Shown here: in pieces, positions 55,976 through 64,000 of the stretch
How positions within the stretch are numbered: position 1 is the stretch's first letter
Layout of the letters: each line of letters begins with the position of its first letter
DNA from: Bigelowiella natans CCMP2755
Lineage: Eukaryota > Protista > Cercozoa
Assembly: GCA_000320545.1 (NCBI GenBank)
Contig: ADNK01002830.1
Location: 32,292-96,291 of the forward strand
DNA length: 64,000 nucleotides
Reading direction: 5' to 3'
Translations under genes and position numbers: made by a program
Notes under the pieces: generated by a model
What the model was told of the DNA's origin: nothing
What the model saw: only the letters and a program-made list of their open reading frames with translations
Databases searched by the model: none

Positions 55976-56043
55976 GAGTCTCTTGTGAAGATCTTCACAA
56001 ACGAGACTCTCTTCTCTTGTGAAGATCTTCACAAACGAGACTC
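55976..56043. repeat. Tandem duplication (34-bp period) of a unit containing the perfect 18-bp palindrome TTGTGAAGATCTTCACAA
   Basis: tcttgtgaagatcttcacaaacgagactc occurs at 55981 and 56015. The first copy extends to a longer hairpin through gagtctc/gagactc. Confidence 0.9.
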
Positions 56044-56053
56044 ATTAGAGTCG

Positions 56054-58285
56054 ATGAAGAAGCGGGGTGGACCTTCCGCGGAAAGGAAGCAATACGATGA
56101 TGAAACTGAAGGGAGAAGTTCGAAAGTACAGGTACTTATCCTACGAGGCTTGCGTCCGGGAGCTTAAGCAGCTTTGATGTGTTCTCAGCGTTCTGAGGTA
56201 TGGGTATGGGGAAATCAGATGGACTCTATTAGCAAACAAATCGAGATATTGAGGGAGGAGAAGAACAAGCTAATTGACCGACTTGCGCGATTTGAACATT
56301 TTTACTCTGAAGAAAAGTTTACGAAGGAGGAGCTCAATGAGGAAACAAAAAAAGTAGAAGCGCAAATAGCTGAAACTCAAAAGGGAATCCAGGCGAAGGA
56401 GGCAGAACTGAAGGAAACGATAAAGAAATTCGAGAAGGCAACCCAAGGTTATGAATTTTGTCAACATCTGAGGAACAATCGGTATGCTGAGATATTTATG
56501 CGTGTGTGTTCAGCCATGGAAATTGAGGAAAGCGGGGGGAGTGATGCCCAATGTCTCTGTGCAAATAATCTATTGTTCTAATTTTATTGTGATTTGATTT
56601 CAGGGGAGAAGCGCAAAAGCATATCGGATTACGAACGAGGAAGCGAAACAAAAGGTGACTAGACTCATCCTCTCTAAGTATCTGTTTGATAGTCCCGCTT
56701 TACGTGGATACACAGGCAAACGATTCAAGATTGACACGGATGCCGAAGAATTTTCCAAGCTTTGAGAGACACTCCGTTCACAAAAGGGACTGCAATACAG
56801 CTGGTGCGCATAACGAAGAACATCCTCGTACCTGGGCATCGTGGTAGTTGGATTCGGGGGTCCAGGCACCCTGTTACTCTTTTCTACCGCAAGGCATTTT
56901 CAGAAGCAGTACGCAGATTTCGAGAATGTTATCAACTTCACCGTGAGGGAAAGTCGAGCATTGATTGCTGTATACTCTCTGGGCAAAGTGGTATAGCCAA
57001 GAGTGTGGCCTTTTTGCTAATGTACATCAAGGTGGCGCTTAAAAATGACGAGAAGGTTGCGTTCTATTCCGTGCCAGAGGGTATCCTTTACTGCATCTAC
57101 GTCGAGAACGGTACAGTCAAGTGTTCAACATCTGTAGTTACCCCCTTAACATTCCACAGTGAAGAATGGAAAAGCTTTGACTCTACTTCGACACACCTTG
57201 TCGTCGATCCCGAGAACGGATTCGGGCACCTAAATGTCAACATCACAAAAGCCTTTGTGGTAGTGGCAAGCTCGCCCAATAAGGAGTGGAAGTAATTCGA
57301 GAAACTCCTTAAGGCCGGAACGAAGAAGCGGGATCTCATCTTGTATGCGGATGTCATCCAAAAAGATGAATTCAACGATATTTCTGCGGGAAACAATGAG
57401 AGTGGCGGGGCGGATGGAAACTGTACTGTCGAGGACTTAAAAAGCCGATCCGAGATAGCCGGGGGGATGTTGCGGCACATTGTGGACGAGCAAAAGTTCA
57501 AGAAGTTTCAAGACTCCCAAGACCACATGTTGCGAATGTTTCAGGGCAAGATTGGCGAAAACGTGGAGATGATACAACCTAGGGATGTCGCTTTACCAAG
57601 TTCCGTGTTCTGCATCCGCCCCATTCTTAAAGACGGTTCGCACACTAGTTCGGATTTTGTCCTGGATTTCCTGAGCCCTTATGTAGAATCCAGAGTGGTA
57701 GGGGCGCTTGCCGAGGAACAGTCTAAGCAGAGTGAAAGTATGTCTGGTTTAGAGGCAGAAAGAAGGTGGTTTCACCTCATAAAGAATGGGGGAAATTTTG
57801 AAGGCCGACATGTCGGCTCACATTTGCCAGAAGAATTGAAAGGCAAGACTATCACTGTCTCATTTAGTCGACACAAACGAGTGATTCACCATCGCGAAAA
57901 TAGTAAGGAAGAAAAGAATAAGTGCTTGGAGGAAATCCGCGAATTGAAGGATTCGAGCACGCTGGTCATTTGCCCTCCGAACTACACAAACATAGATGGT
58001 GCTTCAAGTGCTGAGGTGCTGCATCAGATAGCTAAAGGAAATGTTCACGACTTTAAAGTCAAACACAAAGACGAGGTTCTTGTGGATACGAAAGTTGTCA
58101 CGATTTACTACTACACTTTGGAGAAGCATTATCATACATTCCGTGTGAATTTCGTTTACAAAGACGTGTCAAAATCTGACCAGGAAGCGTGGAAGAAAAC
58201 CTGGCACAAGCACTTGAGGTTCGTAGTCGTAAAACTCGATCCGGTAAGATTTTGGGATAAATTACAGGAAGCACTTGGAAAATGA
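56054..58285 (+). pseudogene. Crinkler/RHS-type protein: coiled-coil N-terminus, P-loop NTPase, restriction-endonuclease-fold C-terminus; disrupted
   Basis: Walker A-like ILSGQSGIAKS, VVASSPN, GGMLRHI, PSSVFCIRP, DFLSPYV and the C-terminal PPNYTNIDG...HQIAKG..H fit the CR-NTPase plus REase architecture. There is an in-frame TAA at 57293-57295 and a 1-nt frameshift at about 56752. Confidence 0.7.
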
Positions 58286-58359
58286 AAGCGAAATCCGAAA
58301 GGTTAAAGCGATCATTAGCGATGAGTGAGGCGCACACTACTGTGGCTAGAATTCAAGAT

Positions 58360-58641
58360 TTTCATGTTGCGCATTTTCGCAATTTTTGCTACTGATTGCT
58401 GATGGGAAATCAAATGTGGGGCACTTGACATGTCATGCCCGTGATTTTCATCATGTCATTCTAGCAATTCAGTTCAGCAGTAGGTCGTCAGTAGGCAAAT
58501 TTTCATGTTGCGCATTTTCGCAATTTTTGCTACTGATTGCTGATGGGAAATCAAATGTGGGGCACTTGACATGTCATGCTCGTGCAATTTTGCCATGTCA
58601 TTCTAGCAATTCAGTTCAGCAGTAGGTCGTCAGTAGGCAAA
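58360..58641. repeat. Tandem duplication of an approximately 141-bp unit
   Basis: tttcatgttgcgcattttcgcaatttttgctactgattgctgatgggaaatcaaatgtggggcacttgacatgtcatgc... starts at 58360 and 58501, nearly identical. Confidence 0.95.
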
Positions 58642-59689
58642 TTTTTGAAATGAAAATTTTGTGTCGTTCCCTTACTGACGGCAGATGGGAAATGAAATGT
58701 GGGGTGTGGTGTGGTGGTCTGCTGCTGATGTGTGACGAGCTGTTCCTCCAACACATGCAGCTCGTGCTGACACATGACGAGCTGTTCCTGCAATGCATGC
58801 AGCCATTGCTGCTGACACACGTTCTCGCTGTTGACCAAAAAAAACAAATTTGAACTCATGGCACGTGCAGCATGCTAGCATGGCTGATGTGTCATGAAGT
58901 TGCAAATGCACACAGCTTGTGCTGACAAGATTGTTGCAACCCAGGCTGATGTGAAATTGCACGCAGCTCAAAGCTCGGGCTGACAAGATTGCATGCAGCC
59001 GCGTGCGAATGTGCAAACGTGTGCAGCCACAGCTGATCGACGTGTTGAGTGTTCAGCTGTGCGGCTGATGTGGAAGTGTGTCGACATGTGCAGCTGTCAA
59101 AGCTGATGCAAAAATGAAAAATGCATGCAGCTCTTGCTGATGTACAGAACATGCAGCAATCAGGCTGCTGAACGAACAAATTGCATCGAGCTCACACTGA
59201 CGTGCAACGTGTGCACCTTGTGCTGGTGCAGCACGTGCGGCTTCAAGCTGATGCACAACAAAGCAACACTCAGTCATTGAACTGGTGCCAAAACGTGAAT
59301 TGTCCGGCTGCCTTGCTGAGCATCCAGCTTCGTTGGGCCCAAACACAAAAGAAAAGTTGAGTGGTCATCGGAGGGTTGTGAATTGCAGCCACTCTGATGC
59401 TGACCACATCCCAGCTAGCCAGTGCCATCTGTTTCACCTTTCCGGATGTTTTTCCACTGTCTTTGCTGCAACAAAACAATGGAAAAGCACAGACAAATTT
59501 TCAGTGACCTTCCTTTTGTTTGAGAACAAAGGAAGGCAGAAGTGAATGACCTTGCCTTTGAAGAAAGGAAGGATGAACAAAAGGCAGATCACTTTGCAAA
59601 TCAATGGGCCAGTAGGTGAATTTTTGAAAGAAAATTTTTTTGTTGTTCCCCTGCTGATGGTAGATGGAAAATGAAATGTGGGGTGTGGT
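58631..59689. mobile_element. Degenerate non-coding repeat element bounded by approximately 80-bp direct repeats; TpA-depleted
   Basis: cagtagg..aatttttgaaa..aaaatttt..gttccc..ctga.gg.agatgg.aaatgaaatgtggggtgtggt occurs at 58631-58710 and 59610-59689, with internal subrepeats. No transposase or RT ORF is present, so the mobile-element call is inferred. Confidence 0.45.
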
Positions 59690-59957
59690 CACATCCTTGC
59701 TGCATGAAAGGTCGACAAAAGAGAAAGCTGCTAGCATGGAAGAACAATCAGCCACATGAATCGCCGTGACTGTGATTTGGCGAGGCAGCAGATGCGATCA
59801 CTTTCAAATTGCCACGCGCTAGCGCGCGCGACACGAAACGTTTGTGTGCACAGGCTGCAATGCTTCCGTTCTTCATGACACTAAAAATGGATGTGAATGG
59901 ATATGTACATCTTGTTTGTGCAATCACATAAAAAAAATAGTGCGGCAACATCGATCA

Positions 59958-61866
59958 CTATTTCTTCATCCTTGGAAACTGGTCATCATGACGCCTGTCA
60001 CTGCGATGGCGAAAGTTTTTTATCAGTGCCTTTAGATGCGGCTTGAGCTGAATAATTAAAATTAAAAAAAAGACAAACATTAGTGAGTTATTACCTAATC
60101 GAGATATTCTGTGAGTGCTAGCAACGGCAGATTCATCTATGAGTGCGCGACTCAAACATTTGGAGGCGAAAGAAGCTCGTATACAACCATCATCATCATC
60201 ATCATTATCATTATCATCATCATGACATTTGTCACAACTATTAACGCCACATATCACTACTGTTACCTCTCCTACGGTGACCCTCCGGCCATTGCTCCCC
60301 ATCGCCTTCGTCATCACGTGACCATGATCGGTATCTACTTCATCATCGTCATCATCATCATCACCATCATGCTGGTGGCAATGATCGGACTTATCTCCAT
60401 CCTTATTCCGGGAGCGATTAGAATGTTGCAAAGCAGAACGCACAATAGTAGATTTCAAGTCCAAAGGCGGGGCGGGCATCCCCAGTACAGCCTTTGCCAC
60501 TCGGATCAGGGAGCTTGTGGAGTACCTAGACGAAGCAGCAGCAGTACGTCAGTGGCAGCAGCAGTAGCAGCACAGCACATTGCTTCGACTACTTGCGCTT
60601 GCATTTAATCCACGTTGGCGTGAGAATTCGTCCTCGTCATTTTCCATCATCATCATATCATCACCACCAGCATGAGATGCTACTACTACTACTACTACTA
60701 CTACTACTCCTAGTACTACTACTACTACTACTACTACTACCCTTCTGGTCTAATCTTCCATATCTGCCCGAGCACATCCTTGCTGCAGCCGTACCGCAGC
60801 CAATATGATACCAGCTGGTGAAAAATCTCCGCCCGTGTTACCCTCGCATCTGCGTCGCTCGGCGCGTGTCGCGCGGCAATAATGATCGCGACTTCGGGAT
60901 CGTCTCTGGAGAACGACGACGATGACGACAACGACGACGACGAAGATTGGGTCTCTGCAGCTGCTGCCGCTGCAAAAGCTGATACGGAAAAAATCAAAAA
61001 TGTCAATCTTGTTCACGTCATACTCGGGGAAGAGGCGGAAATTTTGTTGCACCTTCAAAGTGGGCATCATCTCCAACCCTGGATGCATCAGCAGCCTTGT
61101 TTCTAGATTTCTCCTGAATCGGTCCGTTGTAGGCTGTAGGGGTGCACGGGAGCAACATTTGCAGCAAGCGGATCGCTAGATCTGGCCGTCTCGCATCCAG
61201 GCAATATGCGGTAGCACGTGGAAGATCTAAGCTGTCGTCTACTAGACACAAAAGGCACCGAGCCAGCAAGCGAGCCTCCATTCTACAGTTGGAAAGAGTA
61301 GAGAGGGGGGGGGGAGAGAAAATTGAGTGTTACTTGCATCATATTGCTATGCCCAGTCAGCAGCAGCAGCAGCAGCAGCAGCAATTGCTTCGCAGCAAAT
61401 CGCATTCCATCACACCACCTCGTATCGTTGCCCTTCTCATCCTCCGATTTCCTCCTGTGCCCAGACTTTTGTTCTCCTCTATCTTCCGATGTTGCTGCTG
61501 CCACCGAAGTCGAAGCCATCGTCGTAGTTCCCTTTCTCCCCCTCCCCCCCCTCCTCCTCCTCTTTTTACGGACCATGAGAGGGGGTAGGCAGTCAAGGGC
61601 GTGGCGAGCGAAAGTAAGAGGGAGCATCACTCGTTGACCCGAACATCGAGGGGGGCGCGGAGGGGGAGCGGTGCCGGGGGGGGGGGGAGGATCGTTTGTG
61701 AAACCATCAGCATATGCTCCTCCAGCAGCACCAGCAGCAGAGCTGTTGCCGTCCTGGCTCGATTTCAGTCCTTGCTTCGTGGAGGAAGCGGATGATGAAG
61801 TTGCCGTGGTGGCAGGGGGAGCGGGGCTCGTCAGCCGCGTGATCAGAAGTGTGTTGTCATACCTGA

Positions 61867-61899
<33 letters not shown>

Positions 61900-62859
61900 C
61901 AGAGCCACCCATTGCCACATCACAAAACGACAATCAATGGCTAGCATTAAGGGGAAAAGAACAAAAACAAAAAAGATGGAAAAAAGAAAGGCGAAGAATT
62001 CACTCATTCTACTTGTTCCGATTGGTCTCCAGATCACCATCATTGATGTTTAACAACTGTTACACAACCACCACCATCACCGCCACCACTACTAGTATTG
62101 CCTCTTTGTCGGAGGGGGTTTCCGGAGAGTGGTATTGGCAGTTCGGATGCGCGTTGTGGAAGAAGAAGCAACACTGCGGCGTTTTGAGGAATTGAACCAT
62201 CCCTGTCCCGCCCAGTCATCTTTATCGATGCGCCGACTCCAGTCGCCAGTGCCCGTATTGGGAAGCTGGCGTAGTAGTAGTAGTGGCAATTGCATCAGGA
62301 ACGAAGAAAAAGAGAATGGACGAGTCGTCGAAGTCACAAGCGACTGCACTCCAAAGAAGAAGGAGAGCGAGCAAGCAGGAAGAAGTCCCTCCACCAACAT
62401 CATAATATTAAGCTTTTCCGTCGTTGCGATTTCTCTTCCTCACCACCCTCCTTTATCTTCTTCTTCTTCTTCTTCTTCTTCTTCTTCTCCACTAGCAGCA
62501 TCATCATCATCGTCATCATCGTCATCACCACCACCACCAACACCAACCTACCTGCGGGAACTCGAAGACAGTGTCAATTAGCCTAACAAAGGGCACCAAC
62601 AGCTGCGGGCAGCGTGCATCCAGCCACCGGCACATCGCATCGAAGAACGGGTACTCGCGCTTCTTGGCCGTTGCTGCCGCAGTCACCATCTTGGATTTCT
62701 CGATCCTCTTCACCCCTCCCTTGATGTCGTCGTCGTCGTCCGGTTGACCGTCCCGACTCGTCTGCGTAAGCACAGAGATAGGGCGAAATTTGGACAGCTC
62801 TCCAGGACCCAGCCCCTTCCTGAGCTCTGGAATCGCTGCCTGTGCAACAACCCGCAAGA

Positions 62860-62896
<37 letters not shown>

Positions 62897-62992
62897 ATGC
62901 TTGGTAGTATGGTCGTTGATTTTATGATTGGTTCTGGTGACAATTCTTTATGGAAGACGATAATATCAGAACGGAGGGCAGGGATTGCAAGG

Positions 62993-63033
<41 letters not shown>

Positions 63034-64000
63034 GGTGCTGTATAGCAACCAGATGGAGAAGCCGTTCCACTTCTTCCTCCGATGCAAGGGCACGGTCCCC
63101 CATGCAGCCACCGTAGCCACCACGTCGATGGTGGTAGTATGGGGGAAGTGCCATCTCTCCAAGTATCTTCTTCAGGCTCTGACTGCGCATCAACCCCCCC
63201 CCTAGCCCGCCCCCGAATCGGTCCCCGCTTGGCCATGGCCAAATTGCGACGGGAGTGGGAGGCAACGTGAGCTCCTCGCTGCTTTTGTTGCCGCCATTCT
63301 TCTTCGCACCAGCCCCCCCCTCCCGCTGCTGTTCTCCGTATCGTGCCTTATTGTTAAATCTATACTGGCTGCTATTAGGATGCGGGCGATTGGTGGTGGC
63401 AGTCCCCTCCCGTTTCTTCTTTGTCCCTAACACTGCCTTGTTGTTATTATTATTAATAACCTCGCCCATCTCACCTTCCTTCGGTTTGTGCTGCTGCTGC
63501 GAAGAAGAAGAAGACAACGTTAGGGGAGCACCAAGCGGTCTATGCACTGACTGCTGAAGCTCTTGGAAACGAGCTAATAGCTTATACAACGGCCGGAGGT
63601 GCTCTGGAAGAGAAGATACTGGCGAGGAGGTAGCGGAGGTGGAGGAAGAAGAAAATGAGGAGGAGGGGGGGTGGTCTAGGCGGGGGGGGGAAGCAACGGA
63701 AGCGAATGGATTTTCTGTTTCTCCTTCGAGCTTCTTTGCGAATACTTGGTTGTTCTTGCCTTCTTTTATCGCTTGCCCCCCCCCATCTACTCCTCCTCCT
63801 CCTCCACCACCACCGCCGCCGCGTCGGGGGTGTCTACTCTTGCGGAGGGGGAGCGGGGGGTGGAGGAGCTATTAGTTCGTCCTCAGCATGCGCTGGAGGA
63901 GAGGGGCTCGGGGGGAGGCGGTGGATCACCACCACTTGTATTATCTTTTTTTTTACGGCGGGAGCACTTAAGAAGCTAGGGGGGGAGAAGAAGAGGGGGT
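59958..64000 (-). CDS. Hypothetical multi-exon protein, helical with low-complexity inserts; 5' part lies beyond the window end
   Basis: Coding-like exons: EYPFFDAMCRWLDARCPQLLVPFVRLID, FARHALDCLPPL, EARLLARCLLCLVDD...LAIRLLQMLLP, RAEIFHQLVSYWL, and a last exon LKPHLKALIKNF...RMKK stop 59958. Confidence 0.6.

Noticed and set aside
57292-57330. Tiny intron or stop-codon reassignment rescuing the TAA in the CRN-like gene
   Set aside because: All nearby GT-AG lengths are 1 mod 3. TAA is used as a true stop in NAXD and the MFS gene, and the 1,560-codon UTP20 exon has no internal stops.
58360-58710. CRISPR-like array
   Set aside because: Only 2-4 long degenerate units with no unique spacers and no cas genes, in a eukaryotic context.
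58675-59612. CpG methylation decay or fungal-type RIP as the cause of the TG/CA excess
   Set aside because: CpG is still abundant, and TpA, which RIP would create, is what is missing.
2179-63979. Numerous short ORFs with poly-HT, CV, YI, LLL, SSS or III tracts
   Set aside because: They are translations of intronic microsatellites or antisense shadows of real exons.

Overview
Gene-dense, intron-rich eukaryotic (protist-type) nuclear DNA of about 45% GC. Its style is compatible with a chlorarachniophyte/rhizarian nucleus, but that is only an impression. Exon stitching by eye gives about 13 intact or partial genes: a Y_phosphatase3-type phosphatase (partial), a TBC-domain protein lacking both catalytic fingers, a type-II membrane/glycosyltransferase-like protein, a half-length importin-beta-like protein, a ZIP metal transporter, a TMEM237-like membrane protein, SF3A2, NAXD, an MFS transporter, an M13 metallopeptidase, a YFH7/PRK-UK-like P-loop kinase, a 20-kb UTP20 gene and a partial hypothetical gene. 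There is also a Crinkler/RHS-type NTPase-nuclease pseudogene and a decayed coding remnant. Two signals stand out. (1) The ZIP transporter carries its transmembrane motifs in the order 1-2-3-6-7-4-5-8 within one ORF, a topology-preserving internal permutation. (2) A repeat island at about 58.36-59.88 kb has lost nearly all TpA dinucleotides while keeping CpG. Its paralogous copies differ by TG versus CA at the same sites, which points to a repeat-directed TA->TG/CA (A-to-G) mutation process. No rRNA, tRNA or CRISPR array was found. Exon boundaries and counts are manual and approximate, and a few single-base frameshifts may be assembly errors.
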